Source: Minisyncoccota bacterium (GTDB taxonomy: Bacteria > Patescibacteriota > Minisyncoccia > Phycocordibacterales > Phycocordibacteraceae). From it: DNA of 64,000 nucleotides. A program made the translations under genes and the position numbers. The stretch covers positions 103,180 through 167,179 of the forward strand of contig JALHOO010000002.1 of the NCBI GenBank assembly GCA_022842945.1, given 5' to 3'. Shown one piece after another: positions 26,795-37,446 of this stretch (the first letter of the stretch is position 1; each line of letters begins with the position of its first letter). The notes beneath the pieces were generated by a model. That model had not been told where the DNA came from. It saw only the letters and a list, made by a program, of their open reading frames with translations, and ran no database searches.

Positions 26795-27463
26795 ATGGAG
26801 AAATTATCTATTAAGGAGTGCTTCTCGTTTGCGTGGCGAACCTTTAAGTCTCGCCCATGGATATTCATTCAGGCCGGCCTTCTATTGTTCCTTATTAATA
26901 TGGCCGTTAACCTTGTCCAGACGCTTCTGGAGATGGGAGCTGAATCAACGGGAGGATTAATTGTTTCCGTTATAGCCTTTATTTCAGCCATCATTGGCGT
27001 GGCGGTGTCGTTCCTCATCAGCATGGGTGAGGCTGCGTTCTTCCTACGCTCACACGATGACGTGAATGCGGTGTCCCTACGTACACTCTGGAACCCTACA
27101 CCGTTCTGGAAGTTCGTTGGCGTATCCCTCCTTACCGGCATCTGCATCCTTGTCGGTCTCGTATTCCTTATCGTTCCAGGAATAATACTCGGTATCCTCT
27201 TCATGTTCGCGGGATACCTTGTTATTGAAGAGAAGCTTGGACCCATTGATGCTATGAAGAAGAGCATCGAGCTCACGAAAGGGAACCGTGTGCAGCTCTT
27301 CATGCTCTCCCTCGCTATACTTGGCATAAACATCCTCGGATTCTTTGCGCTCTTGGTCGGACTCTTCGTTAGTATTCCGGTATCGTTCCTCATGATGGTG
27401 CATGCGTACCGCACACTCAGTCGCAAGGAACAACCTGAGGTACTCGTTGCAGAACCCGCATAG
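26795..27463 (+). CDS. hypothetical polytopic membrane protein
   Basis: 222 aa with about 5 TM helices. Start is 2 nt after the upstream stop. Confidence 0.4.
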   Translation: MEKLSIKECFSFAWRTFKSRPWIFIQAGLLLFLINMAVNLVQTLLEMGAESTGGLIVSVIAFISAIIGVAVSFLISMGEAAFFLRSHDDVNAVSLRTLWNPTPFWKFVGVSLLTGICILVGLVFLIVPGIILGILFMFAGYLVIEEKLGPIDAMKKSIELTKGNRVQLFMLSLAILGINILGFFALLVGLFVSIPVSFLMMVHAYRTLSRKEQPEVLVAEPA

Positions 27464-27480
27464 GACGCAGGTTCTATACA

Positions 27481-27511
27481 AAGAAAGCCCGCGTGCGCGG
27501 GCTTTCTTTGT
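27481..27511. terminator. bidirectional intrinsic terminator between convergent genes
   Basis: aaagaaagcccgcgtgcgcgggctttcttt. Confidence 0.6.
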
Positions 27512-27525
27512 ATCAGTGTAGGCCC

Positions 27526-28539
27526 CTACGAACCAAATGGGTTCTTTGCGCCACGCACCTCAAAGTGGAGGTGGTACCCGGTGGACTGGCCGGTATTTCC
27601 AACCGTACCGATGTTCTGCCCACGTGAGACGCTCTGACCTATAGAAACAGCGTCGGTACTCATGTGTGCGTACAGGGTCTGAACACCGTTGCCGTGATCA
27701 ATAACGACGTAGTTTCCGTATCCGCCGTTCCAGCCCCCAACCTTGGAGACAATAACGGTACCCGCTGCAGCGGCATTAACCGCAGAGCCCTGAGGAGCCG
27801 CAAGGTCTACACCGTTCCACCCGTGAATGCCCTGAGAAAGTCTTCCGGCAGGAGCGGGGTTTGCAAAGGAGCCTGAAAGGGAGCCGTCTGAGGTGTTTCC
27901 GGTTGCCTTAACGGCACCGAGAGATCCTCCGGTCTTAATCTTTGCCGTTGCTGCAGGTGTCTTTGCCTTTGCTTTAGCAGCTGGAGCACTTGCGAGCTCG
28001 CCTCCAGGGATGATAACGGTAGCGCCCTTTGTAAGAGCCTCGGACGCTCCAAGACCATTATAGGAAGCGATCTCGTCACTATCTGAGCCGTAGCGCTTCG
28101 CGAGAGTGCTCAACGTCTCGCCAGAAGCAACCGTGTGGCGAATACCAGACACCGGAAGGATAACGAGGGTCATGCCCGGACGAACGGTTCCCTTAGCTGG
28201 AAGGTTGTTGGCCCAAAGAATGGTGTTCATGGACACATCGAACATGTCCGCGATACCGGAAAGGGAATCGCCCTCGCGAACCGTGTAGGTAGAAATGCGG
28301 CCACTGCCACGATTCTGATCAATGTCTGCAATGGTGCCGTCAGGACCGGTATAGGCAATGAGTGCCGAGCCATCGGTGGTATTAATGCCTCCACGACCCT
28401 TTGCCGGGTTCGGGTCAGGGTTAATTGCAGCAGCAAGAAGGTCAATACTGCTGTCATGCAGCATTGGAGTAGCAGAACCCGCATCCGATGCGTTGGTTAC
28501 GGTAAATGGCCAGAATGCGCCAGCGGCGCGTGGCATCAA
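27526..28539 (-). CDS. LysM-domain M23-family peptidoglycan endopeptidase
   Basis: Two LysM repeats (GDSLSGIADMF..., GETLSTLAKRYG...). C-terminal M23 motifs HxxxD and GNTGQSTGYHLHFE. Confidence 0.8.
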   Translation of the reverse strand: MMPRAAGAFWPFTVTNASDAGSATPMLHDSSIDLLAAAINPDPNPAKGRGGINTTDGSALIAYTGPDGTIADIDQNRGSGRISTYTVREGDSLSGIADMFDVSMNTILWANNLPAKGTVRPGMTLVILPVSGIRHTVASGETLSTLAKRYGSDSDEIASYNGLGASEALTKGATVIIPGGELASAPAAKAKAKTPAATAKIKTGGSLGAVKATGNTSDGSLSGSFANPAPAGRLSQGIHGWNGVDLAAPQGSAVNAAAAGTVIVSKVGGWNGGYGNYVVIDHGNGVQTLYAHMSTDAVSIGQSVSRGQNIGTVGNTGQSTGYHLHFEVRGAKNPFGS

Positions 28540-28885
28540 AATGATTCCTATCCCCAGAAGGAGGCTTGCGGCGATTAAAGCGCCAGGAATCCAGTATGCA
28601 TCCCGTTCTCCTGCAGTAGCAGTGCGAACAGAAGGTCTCAGAGGGTCAGTTATAGGGGAACCAGGGGATCTTCAGCGTTTCTTCAGAGTACAAAATGGCT
28701 TACCTAAGCCATTCTTGAGTTTCAGATGATCGGTCGATGAAGGTAGTATAAACGCTCCTGAGATAGGGTCAACCACCCGATAATGAGCCTGTTGAGAGTG
28801 GTTTCAGAGCATGAAAAGGACCGAAATCAAGGAACAGGCTCTTGCTTTTGGCGCATGCACGGCACCCAGGTATAGTAGGGAGAGC

Positions 28886-30793
28886 ATGCAACACCTCCAA
28901 GGCTTAAACGACGCACAAAAGGAGGCAGTGCTCACCACCTCAGGACCCGTTTCAGTACTCGCTGGAGCCGGATCAGGCAAAACCCGCGTTCTCACCACCC
29001 GCATATACCACCTTATTAAGGAAGGTGTTCCTGCAGACCGTATTCTTGCCGTTACCTTCACGAATAAAGCTGCCCGCGAGATGCGCGAACGCTTAACGCA
29101 CCGCCTCGGGGATGGCCCTCTCCCGTTTGTGGCAACGTTCCACGGTCTTGGTCGCGAGCTCCTTCAGCGATACGGCACGCGTATAGGCATTCCAAAGTAC
29201 TTCACTATATTTGACCGCGACGACTCGAAGGCGGCTATTCGCCAGGTGCTCAAAGAGATGGATATTGATCCGAAGGAGATGAATCCAAACTTTGTGCTCT
29301 CACGTATCTCGAAAGAGAAGGGGGAAGGGTCCACACCTGCAGAGTTCCGCGACAAATATGCACAGAAAAGTTTCCAGTCTCGTGTTATCGCAGAGGTCTG
29401 GCCGCGGTATGAAGCTATTGTACGCAAAGAGAAGGCGCTTGATTTTGATGATCTCATCTCTCTACCGGTTAGCCTCCTGCGTGATCATGAGGACATACGT
29501 CGCGAAGCAGAGCAGCTCTACAGCCATGTACACGTAGACGAGTTTCAAGACACCAATGGTCTGCAAGGGAAGCTCGCGGGATATCTTTCTGCAGTACATA
29601 ACAATCTGTTTGTTGTGGGAGATATCGATCAGACCATCTACACCTGGCGCGGAGCGACAATCGAAAACCTACTCGGATTCGAAGAGAAGTATGCAGACGC
29701 AAAGACCATCGTCCTTGCGCACAACTACCGCTCCACGAAGACCATCGTTGCAGCCGGGAACCAGATCATCGAAAAGAACCAGAACCGCAAGGACAAGCAC
29801 GCGGTTACAGATAATCCAGACGGGGAACCTATACGTCTGCACGTCGCACGCAATGCAGAGAGCGAAGCTCGATGGGTGGCGCGCGAAACAAAGAAGGCCG
29901 TGCTTGCGGGCACCGCTCCTGAAGAGATAGCCGTGTTGTTCCGTACAAACTTCCAGTCCCGCGCACTTGAAGAAGCATTCTTGAGCGAGAACATCCCATA
30001 CAAGGTTCTCGGTACGCGCTTCCTCGACCGTAAAGAAGTGAAGGATGTGCTCGCGTGGGTACGTCTTGCGCTTGATTCTGAGAGGGAAGTAGACCGAGTT
30101 CGTGCGGTGCAATCGCCAACACGCGGTATTGGAAAGGTAACGCTCGGCAAACTCATAGACGGAAGACGCGACGAGTTGAAGCCTGCAGAACGTACTAAAG
30201 TAGCGGCGTTTGAAGCAATAGTTACCGAGCTTAACGAACTTTCAAAGATTGCGATTCCGTCTGAGTTCGTAAAGCTTGTTATTGAAAAGTCTGGTATTGC
30301 GAGCGCTCTCCAGAAGGGCGGGGAGGAGGATATGGAGCGACTTGAGAACGCAAAGGAGCTTGCCACACTCGCAAGTCGCTACGACGGCATGCCCGGAGAA
30401 GAAGGTATCTCAGCATTCCTTGCAGAGTCGGCACTCGCCGGAGACCAGGACGAGCTCGATGCTCCAGGAAAGAGCGGCGCAACCCTCATGACGGTACACG
30501 CAGCAAAGGGGCTTGAGTTCGATACGGTATTTGTAACCGGCATGGAGGAGGGATTGTTCCCGCACGAAGCGAGGGAAGGGGAGAAGCGGGACGAAGAGGA
30601 AGAGCGCCGTTTGTTCTATGTAGCGGTTACACGCGCAAAACGCAGGCTCAATCTCTCACTCGCAACCGTGCGCCGCATCTACGGCACCGACTTTGCGAGC
30701 GAACCATCCTCATTCATCCGCGACATTGATGAGGGACTTATAACCTTCTCGGAAGGGGAGGATCTGTACGGAGAGCGTACGATATACATCTAG
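28886..30793 (+). CDS. ATP-dependent DNA helicase UvrD/PcrA family
   Basis: Walker A AGAGSGKTRVLTTR and SF1 helicase motifs (DEFQDTN, VGDIDQTIYTWRGA, TVHAAKGLEFD). Start trimmed to the Met before LNDAQKEAV. Confidence 0.9.
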   Translation: MQHLQGLNDAQKEAVLTTSGPVSVLAGAGSGKTRVLTTRIYHLIKEGVPADRILAVTFTNKAAREMRERLTHRLGDGPLPFVATFHGLGRELLQRYGTRIGIPKYFTIFDRDDSKAAIRQVLKEMDIDPKEMNPNFVLSRISKEKGEGSTPAEFRDKYAQKSFQSRVIAEVWPRYEAIVRKEKALDFDDLISLPVSLLRDHEDIRREAEQLYSHVHVDEFQDTNGLQGKLAGYLSAVHNNLFVVGDIDQTIYTWRGATIENLLGFEEKYADAKTIVLAHNYRSTKTIVAAGNQIIEKNQNRKDKHAVTDNPDGEPIRLHVARNAESEARWVARETKKAVLAGTAPEEIAVLFRTNFQSRALEEAFLSENIPYKVLGTRFLDRKEVKDVLAWVRLALDSEREVDRVRAVQSPTRGIGKVTLGKLIDGRRDELKPAERTKVAAFEAIVTELNELSKIAIPSEFVKLVIEKSGIASALQKGGEEDMERLENAKELATLASRYDGMPGEEGISAFLAESALAGDQDELDAPGKSGATLMTVHAAKGLEFDTVFVTGMEEGLFPHEAREGEKRDEEEERRLFYVAVTRAKRRLNLSLATVRRIYGTDFASEPSSFIRDIDEGLITFSEGEDLYGERTIYI

Positions 30794-30794
30794 T

Positions 30795-31574
30795 ATGGTC
30801 TTCGCTAAAAAATCCCTCGGACAGAACTTCCTGATGCATAAGCAGACCGCTGCGCGCATCGTTGGGGCAGCGAACCTTGAGAAGAACGCTCTTGTACTTG
30901 AGGTTGGTCCGGGCACCGGCATGTTAACTAAAGAACTTCTGAAAGCGGGCATGCGCGTTATTGCCGTTGAGGCAGACTACACACTTATACCGGAACTTGA
31001 AGCGAGGTTCATTAAGGAGATCGAAGAGGGGAGACTCACACTCAAGAGTGCAGACATCCGTTCATTTGATACCGGCACCATTACGGAGCCATACGCACTC
31101 GTAGCCAATATTCCGTACTACATAACCGGCGAGATTATTCGCCAGTTCCTTACGGCCCCTAACCAACCTCAGTCCATGACCCTGCTTGTGCAGAAGGAAG
31201 TGGCCGAGCGCATAGCCCGAAGCAAGAAGGAAAGCCTCCTTTCTTTGTCCGTTAAGGTGTACGGGGAGCCTAGCTACTGCTTTACCGTGCCTCGCGGTGC
31301 GTTCGTCCCGGCACCGAATGTAGACTCTGCTGTTCTGCATATACAGGACATTTCGAGGAACTCTTTCTCAAGCGGGGAAGAAGAGGACCGATTCTTCGAA
31401 GTTATACGTGCAGGGTTCGCGCACAAGAGAAAGCGCCTTGCGAAGAATCTAGAGGAGCATTGGTCTAGAGAGGCGGTGACGAGTGCATTTAGCGCAGCCG
31501 GACTTGATACGAATGCACGCTCAGAAGATCTTACACTCGCGCACTGGAATACCGCTGTGAAGACGCTGAGTTAA
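30795..31574 (+). CDS. rsmA: 16S rRNA (adenine1518/1519-N6)-dimethyltransferase
   Basis: KKSLGQNFLMH...VLEVGPGTGMLT SAM-binding motif; NIPYYIT motif. Confidence 0.9.
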   Translation: MVFAKKSLGQNFLMHKQTAARIVGAANLEKNALVLEVGPGTGMLTKELLKAGMRVIAVEADYTLIPELEARFIKEIEEGRLTLKSADIRSFDTGTITEPYALVANIPYYITGEIIRQFLTAPNQPQSMTLLVQKEVAERIARSKKESLLSLSVKVYGEPSYCFTVPRGAFVPAPNVDSAVLHIQDISRNSFSSGEEEDRFFEVIRAGFAHKRKRLAKNLEEHWSREAVTSAFSAAGLDTNARSEDLTLAHWNTAVKTLS

Positions 31575-31641
31575 TGCACACACCTTATATAGGTTCGTGA
31601 AGGGAGCGTGAGCCTGCGTGCTATTATTTTGGTACTGAAAT

Positions 31642-32640
31642 ATGGCTCATTCTACCCGCACACTCCGCATCGGCATCGCTTCATTAGTAGCTATCGTTAT
31701 GGTTGGGGGAACCTTCGCACTCACTGGTCCTGATCCTCTGTTTGGTCTTGGTCGCGTTGCTGAAGCGCAGTCTTCGGAAGAGCTCTTGCGTGAATATGCT
31801 GCTAAAGATACGGACTCTGACAGTCTCCCGGACTGGCAGGAGTCGCTCTATGGGACAGACCCAACAAACCCGGAGTCGTTCCAGGCAGGCATCAAGGACG
31901 GGGATGCGGTTGCACAGGGGCTCATTCAGCCGAAGGTTGCAGTACGCGAGGAAGGCGAGATGACGGATATCGAGACTATCCCAGGAACTACTGCGGCCCC
32001 GAACTCTCTCACAGACCGCTTTGCACAAACACTTCTCAAGCAGTACCTCCAGAACAGGGGAGAGACGCCGCCAACGAGCGCGGAGATTGTTGCGTTTGTT
32101 GAGGCGGGCATTCAGAACCTCGTTGCAGAAAGCGACTCATCCGCTCGCTATGCACTTGCTGACGTGCGGCTGTCTGGAGAGACAGGAACCATTGGACTCC
32201 AGTCCTACGCTGCACAGATGGAAAGTGCATTTGCACGCAACACGGTTGCCGCGAACCGGAACGAGCTTTCCTACTTCTCTGACGCACTTAGCGGAGACAC
32301 GGCTTCTCTCAAGAAGATTGGGGAGATTAGCCAAGCATACAAGAACATCGCGTCTGCACTCATCACAGTACCGGTTCCAAGCGAAGCCCGTCAGGCACAT
32401 CTTTCAATTGCTAACGCGCTCGTACACATGAGTGAGACAAGTGCAGACATGGCAGCCATGGAAACAGATCCGCTTCGCGCACTTATGGGCATCGGACTCT
32501 ACGAGAAGTACGCAACAGAGCTCGTTGCAGGATTCTCTAACCTGCACGGCGTATTTTCTGCACAACAAGTGTCTGTGCCACAGGGAACTGTTGGGTATCA
32601 AGTTATTAAAACAGCGGCAGATGCCGCCGCAAGCAATTAG
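31642..32640 (+). CDS. secreted hypothetical protein, first gene of the T4SS-like cluster
   Basis: Signal peptide/TM IGIASLVAIVMVGGTFALTG. No recognisable motif. Confidence 0.4.
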   Translation: MAHSTRTLRIGIASLVAIVMVGGTFALTGPDPLFGLGRVAEAQSSEELLREYAAKDTDSDSLPDWQESLYGTDPTNPESFQAGIKDGDAVAQGLIQPKVAVREEGEMTDIETIPGTTAAPNSLTDRFAQTLLKQYLQNRGETPPTSAEIVAFVEAGIQNLVAESDSSARYALADVRLSGETGTIGLQSYAAQMESAFARNTVAANRNELSYFSDALSGDTASLKKIGEISQAYKNIASALITVPVPSEARQAHLSIANALVHMSETSADMAAMETDPLRALMGIGLYEKYATELVAGFSNLHGVFSAQQVSVPQGTVGYQVIKTAADAAASN

Positions 32641-32643
32641 CCT

Positions 32644-34068
32644 ATGAACCGCACTTCACATACCCCCCACGCAAAGAAGTTCGCCGCAGGTGCACTTATG
32701 TTTGTGTGTTTGGTTGGTGTTTCAATTCCGCACAAGGCTGAGGCTCAATTTACTGACGCACTTAACCTCGTCCAGAACACTATTCAGGCAGTGTTCAGTT
32801 CTGGAGAGAATGTTAAGGAGTATGTGTTCGATGCGCTCGCATGGCAGGTTGCGAACATGGCCATTGAGTCTATTACAAAGAGCACCGTTAACTGGATTAA
32901 CTCCGGCTTCCAGGGATCTCCTGCATTCGTTACAGATCTGAACGAGAACCTTCGAGGGGTGGGGGATGCGGTTGCCGCCCGCTTCTTTGACGAGCTCTCT
33001 GCACAGACCATTGCTGATACTCCATTCCAGGACAAGGTTCTCGACAGCGTTCGTCTCGCATACTACCTCCGCACCAGTCCTGAATCTTTCTACACACGCA
33101 ATCCGTACACCTTGAATCAGGTTAGTGCGAACGATCGTGCATTCCTTCAAGGAGACTTCAACCAGGGAGGCTTCAATGCCTGGTTCGCAACCGTGATGAA
33201 TCCGCAGAACAATCCGTACGGCGCGCAGATGCTTGCGAACGAAGCACTTGAGAACGCAGTTGCGGGCGCAACAGGTAACCGCCTTGAGGAGCTTTCATGG
33301 AACCGTGGATTCCTTTCATGGAGAGGGGATTGTGCAGTATCAGACGAGACGGACACCATATCACTCACCGGAGCAGACCCGTGTGTGGAGTACAACATCG
33401 ACACGCCAGGGTCCGTTATCATGGAGCAGCTCAACAGCCAGCTTGGTGTTGGTGTGGAGCGTCTTGTCTCTGCTGACGAGTTCAACGAGATCATCGGTGC
33501 ACTCTTGAACCAGCTCGCAAGCCAGGTGCTTGGCGGAGGCAGTGGGGGACTACGCGGTGTGTCGCGTCCTTCAACCGGAGGCGGAGGTTCGTTCCTTGAT
33601 ACAGCGTCCGGTTCTTCTACGGGAAGCGGTGCGGCTATTAGCCGAACATTCTCTTCAACTATAACGAACCAGATTGCACGCATCGATGCATACCGTGCTT
33701 CGTGGGAGAAGATTCGTACTGCAGCAGAGGCAGCACGGCAGCAGTGTGCGAATAACAGCGCGGCGCAGGATGTACTTAACCGCGCAGCTGTTGCTCTAAC
33801 GAAGGCCGCGAATGCGCGGGCAGCACTTCAGGCGATTGAAACCAAGCTTGCTGAGAGCGCGGCGCAGGGAGGAGACAGAACACTGGATCTCCTTGATATC
33901 TCGAACGAGTACAACGAACTCACCGCCTCCGGCGTTCTTCCATCTGCAGAGGAGATTGCAGAGGCACAGAACGAGTCACAGGATACGGGAGACACAGAAC
34001 CAGGTTCGCTATATAGCCAGATGAAGCGTGCATCGTCTGGAAGTTGTAGCGCTAACTCGGGCAACTAG
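32644..34068 (+). CDS. secreted hypothetical protein with Gly-rich segment and C-terminal coiled coil
   Basis: Signal peptide FAAGALMFVCLVGVSIPHKAEA. Starts one codon after the upstream stop, in the same frame. Confidence 0.4.
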   Translation: MNRTSHTPHAKKFAAGALMFVCLVGVSIPHKAEAQFTDALNLVQNTIQAVFSSGENVKEYVFDALAWQVANMAIESITKSTVNWINSGFQGSPAFVTDLNENLRGVGDAVAARFFDELSAQTIADTPFQDKVLDSVRLAYYLRTSPESFYTRNPYTLNQVSANDRAFLQGDFNQGGFNAWFATVMNPQNNPYGAQMLANEALENAVAGATGNRLEELSWNRGFLSWRGDCAVSDETDTISLTGADPCVEYNIDTPGSVIMEQLNSQLGVGVERLVSADEFNEIIGALLNQLASQVLGGGSGGLRGVSRPSTGGGGSFLDTASGSSTGSGAAISRTFSSTITNQIARIDAYRASWEKIRTAAEAARQQCANNSAAQDVLNRAAVALTKAANARAALQAIETKLAESAAQGGDRTLDLLDISNEYNELTASGVLPSAEEIAEAQNESQDTGDTEPGSLYSQMKRASSGSCSANSGN

Positions 34069-34070
34069 AT

Positions 34071-36674
34071 ATGCAGAAGCTCCTACGAGCGTCACTTCTT
34101 GTAGCGACTCTGTCGGTGCTTTTGTTTGTGAGTGGGCATGGCGCTGTCAGTGCGCAGACCCCACCTCCTGCTCCTGACCCCACACCCACACTTGAAGATA
34201 AAGGGCAGGCCGGAGCGTACGACCAAAGTGCTGTTGCGAGACTGCGGGATGCTTGTTTCGCGGCTAATGGTGGTGATCGGATTGGGTGTGCTGTTGAAAA
34301 CAGCCCTGCAGGCGGAAGTACTTCGTGTGAAGCCGTTGGCTTGTTGCCGCCAAGAATCAGGTGCGAGGCTAAGTTCCCTGATGGCAGCAGGATCATCTCT
34401 CAACAAGGAATATCCAACTCCTGGGTAAACAGTTATTACGGCTCACCCGAAGACGATGATCCGCTGGTACGCGACCCAGGACTAGGGGATGACGTAGGTG
34501 ACGAAGAGGATGTTGCAGCCGTTACAAATGTTGGCAGGTCTTGTACGGAAGGGGATGTTGTTAGTTGTCTCCGAAATCTGCCTGGGATGCTCTTTACTGG
34601 AATCGCGTTTCTTTTTCTTACGCTCTCCGGGTTTGTTCTGGGACTTGCGGGCACCGTCTTTAACTGGGTTGTTATACGAACCGTATTCCAATTCGGAACA
34701 TACTTTGGCACCAACGAAGGCATGCTCATAGCGTGGGGAGTTATGCGAGATGTTGCAAACATTGGTCTTCTGTTCGGGTTCATTCTCATGGGGGTTCTTC
34801 TCATACTGAATGTTGAAGGCGGCGGAGGGCACGGCCATGGCGGAGGGATGAGTGCAAAGAAGGCGATTCCTCGCTTGATTATCTTTGCTGTTCTTCTTAA
34901 CTTCAGTCTCTTTGCTTCTCAACTTGTTATCGATGTAGCAAACGCATTCAGCTCTAGCTTTGCAACACTCGCAGGAGAATCTTGTTCGACAAATACTTCG
35001 ACCGGAACAAATGCTGACAATAGTGCGCAAGACAACGATGCCTGCGCAAACATTGGTATTGCGGGACAGGTACTTAAGGTAACAGGCCTAACGGCATTGT
35101 GGGACACAGAGGCTCTTGATATAGAGACGGGAATGAAGAATCTTGTTGATCGACCGTACTCCTACGCTGTGTCGCTCATCATGCTTTCCATATTTGTGCT
35201 CATAACCGCAATGGTGCTTCTTGCTGGTGCAATTATGCTCATCATTCGTGTAGTTATTCTGTCATTGCTCATGGTTACCTCGCCAGTTGGATTTGCTGGT
35301 ATGGCGATACCAAAGCTTCAAGGTATAGCTACGATGTGGTGGAGCAAGCTCATGTCACAAGCATTCTTTGCGCCGGTCTACCTTCTCCTCATATTCATCA
35401 GCATCAAGCTGACCGAGGGCCTAACAGAAGGGAACGCGACTCTTGCGAACGCACTTATTGCTAATGAGGGCAATTCAGTAGCGGGAAACATGCAGGTGGT
35501 TATGGTGTTCCTGATTGTTATTGGATTCATGATCGGCTCGCTTATTGCTGCTACGAAGATGGGAGCAATGGGCGCAAGCTTCGCAACAAATGCCGCGAGC
35601 GCTCTTGCGTTCGGAGCAGTCACTCGTGGTGCAAACTTTACGACCGGAGGGGCAGCGTACGGACTAAGACGCATCCAGCAGAAAACCGGTTTTGGGGGAC
35701 GTGTAGGTGAAGTGATGGTAAATCGTGGCCTGCGTCCGTTAGAGAAAGCGAATCTTGACCTGCGACGCATTCCAGGAATGGCCGGAGGTCTTGGTGCTGC
35801 AGGCATATCAGCAGGAGCTAAGGCAGCGGAACATGCGACATATGCCGATATTGCACATCAGTTCTCTGACATAAAAGCAGGCAAGGAAGGACAGAAGCTT
35901 CACGAAGAATACGATCAGGAGAAGAAGAATATGATGCTTGAAGACAATGCGCATCATGGCGGAATGACTTCAGATGACAAGGCACACCTTGCTTCCCTAT
36001 CTACGAAGGAACTTGAGCAGCTTCATGGAGTCAAGGAGGGCGTACAGCAGCTTGCAGAGAATTTGAGTCCTGAACAGTTTGAGAACCTAATGAAGAGCGA
36101 CAAGCTTACAGATATCGAGAAGGGGACCCTTAAGTCTGGTCGCTTCTCGTCCTTGAATGAGGCGGCTGCATCTGGCCGCGGAGCAGACGTGAAGAATCTA
36201 ATGAAGACCATGAGCAAGAAGGATCTTGAGAACGCGCCGAATGGCGTACTCCTACAGCCGCTTGTTCTCGAGAATCTTTCTGATCAGCAGCGTGAGGACC
36301 TTGTTAAGAGCGACAAGCGAACACCAGCCGAAAAGGCTGCCATAAAGGCTTCGTACGCAAACGAGGTTCTGAAAACAGTCTTTACAGGGGCAGGTGGTGG
36401 TGCAGCAGGGGCGGCAGCAGTCATCGCACACCCAAAGTATGGTTCTGTGTCTACAGCTCAGTTCGCTGAACTTGGTGTTGATATACTTCAGCAGTCATCT
36501 ATTGCCCAGAACATTCCGGTATCGGTACTTGAAAAGATTGTTAAGGACAATAAGTTGAGTCCTGCGGAGATGAAGCTTGTTGGAGCACAGATGGAGGCAG
36601 CCGTCGCAGCGGGCACAGCCTCAGCTGGAGTAAGAGGATATATGGCAAGTCCTAAGGGAGATTTCTGGAGGTAA
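34071..36674 (+). CDS. VirB6/TrbL-like polytopic membrane protein with long C-terminal repeat-containing extension
   Basis: Signal peptide, a large extracytoplasmic N-domain, then about 6 TM helices (...SLIMLSIFVLITAMVLLAGAIMLIIRVVILSLLMVTSPVGFAGMAIP...). C-terminal hydrophilic region has repeated ENL..Q.EDLVKSDK.T..EK units. Confidence 0.5.
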   Translation: MQKLLRASLLVATLSVLLFVSGHGAVSAQTPPPAPDPTPTLEDKGQAGAYDQSAVARLRDACFAANGGDRIGCAVENSPAGGSTSCEAVGLLPPRIRCEAKFPDGSRIISQQGISNSWVNSYYGSPEDDDPLVRDPGLGDDVGDEEDVAAVTNVGRSCTEGDVVSCLRNLPGMLFTGIAFLFLTLSGFVLGLAGTVFNWVVIRTVFQFGTYFGTNEGMLIAWGVMRDVANIGLLFGFILMGVLLILNVEGGGGHGHGGGMSAKKAIPRLIIFAVLLNFSLFASQLVIDVANAFSSSFATLAGESCSTNTSTGTNADNSAQDNDACANIGIAGQVLKVTGLTALWDTEALDIETGMKNLVDRPYSYAVSLIMLSIFVLITAMVLLAGAIMLIIRVVILSLLMVTSPVGFAGMAIPKLQGIATMWWSKLMSQAFFAPVYLLLIFISIKLTEGLTEGNATLANALIANEGNSVAGNMQVVMVFLIVIGFMIGSLIAATKMGAMGASFATNAASALAFGAVTRGANFTTGGAAYGLRRIQQKTGFGGRVGEVMVNRGLRPLEKANLDLRRIPGMAGGLGAAGISAGAKAAEHATYADIAHQFSDIKAGKEGQKLHEEYDQEKKNMMLEDNAHHGGMTSDDKAHLASLSTKELEQLHGVKEGVQQLAENLSPEQFENLMKSDKLTDIEKGTLKSGRFSSLNEAAASGRGADVKNLMKTMSKKDLENAPNGVLLQPLVLENLSDQQREDLVKSDKRTPAEKAAIKASYANEVLKTVFTGAGGGAAGAAAVIAHPKYGSVSTAQFAELGVDILQQSSIAQNIPVSVLEKIVKDNKLSPAEMKLVGAQMEAAVAAGTASAGVRGYMASPKGDFWR

Positions 36675-36679
36675 TATCT

Positions 36680-37402
36680 ATGGCACGATTCACACAAGAA
36701 CAACTTTTGGAAGCATATCGAAGGGCGCCAGAGGCGATTCAGGATACCTATGGCAGCGAACTAATGGCTGGTGTAATTAACGACATTAAGACGAGATTTC
36801 GCTTACACGTAGATGTGGTTGGCAGTATTGAGAGGGAGGTGGGATATCTCATGCTGGGACTGATTAGCCCTGCGGAGTTCTTTGGTAGCCTTATGCTTTC
36901 AGGGACAGACGAGCAGTCCGCTAGAGGAATTATGGAGGAGGTGAACCAGCGAATCTTTATTCCGCTCAAGAGGAGAATGTCAGGAGTGACGCAGGCTCCT
37001 GTAATGGAAGGGACGTATGCGAACACTCCCGAGAGACCTGTGCGAGAGCCTGCAGTACCAACGCCGGCACTTGATTATGAAGCCCCCGCAACCCTTCCAG
37101 GATCACCAGTGGCGGCCCCAATGCCTTTGGCAGTAAGCACGCCTCCTTCTGTGGTGGTTTCTGAGTCCTCACCAATCTCTATGGAGGCCCCGAAAGTGAC
37201 ACCCGCCGCCGAAACAACGGGTTCGCCTGCCCCTGCAGGCAATGTTGCGAACAATACTTATACTCCACCGACTTTTATCGCATCTCCTGCAGCACCCAGA
37301 GCGAGCGCTCCCGTACAGCCGGTTTCAGTGCCAGTCCAACCAAAGCCAGAAAGTCCCCTTAAGAAAGAAGGTTGGGCAGATCCATATCGTGAACCGATAT
37401 AA
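36680..37402 (+). CDS. hypothetical Pro-rich protein
   Basis: 240 aa, C-terminal Pro/Ala/Val-rich low-complexity half. Confidence 0.35.
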   Translation: MARFTQEQLLEAYRRAPEAIQDTYGSELMAGVINDIKTRFRLHVDVVGSIEREVGYLMLGLISPAEFFGSLMLSGTDEQSARGIMEEVNQRIFIPLKRRMSGVTQAPVMEGTYANTPERPVREPAVPTPALDYEAPATLPGSPVAAPMPLAVSTPPSVVVSESSPISMEAPKVTPAAETTGSPAPAGNVANNTYTPPTFIASPAAPRASAPVQPVSVPVQPKPESPLKKEGWADPYREPI

Positions 37403-37446
37403 AATCACTAGTTTGAAACGCGCTTAGGTCCTGCTACTATTTTAGT

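Noticed and set aside
29725-30366. 213-aa and 147-aa minus-strand ORFs
   Set aside because: Antisense to the UvrD/PcrA helicase gene, whose SF1 motifs are unambiguous.
33147-35030. Several 140-180-aa minus-strand ORFs within the T4SS-like cluster
   Set aside because: They overlap long plus-strand genes with signal peptides or TM topology and have antisense-type composition.
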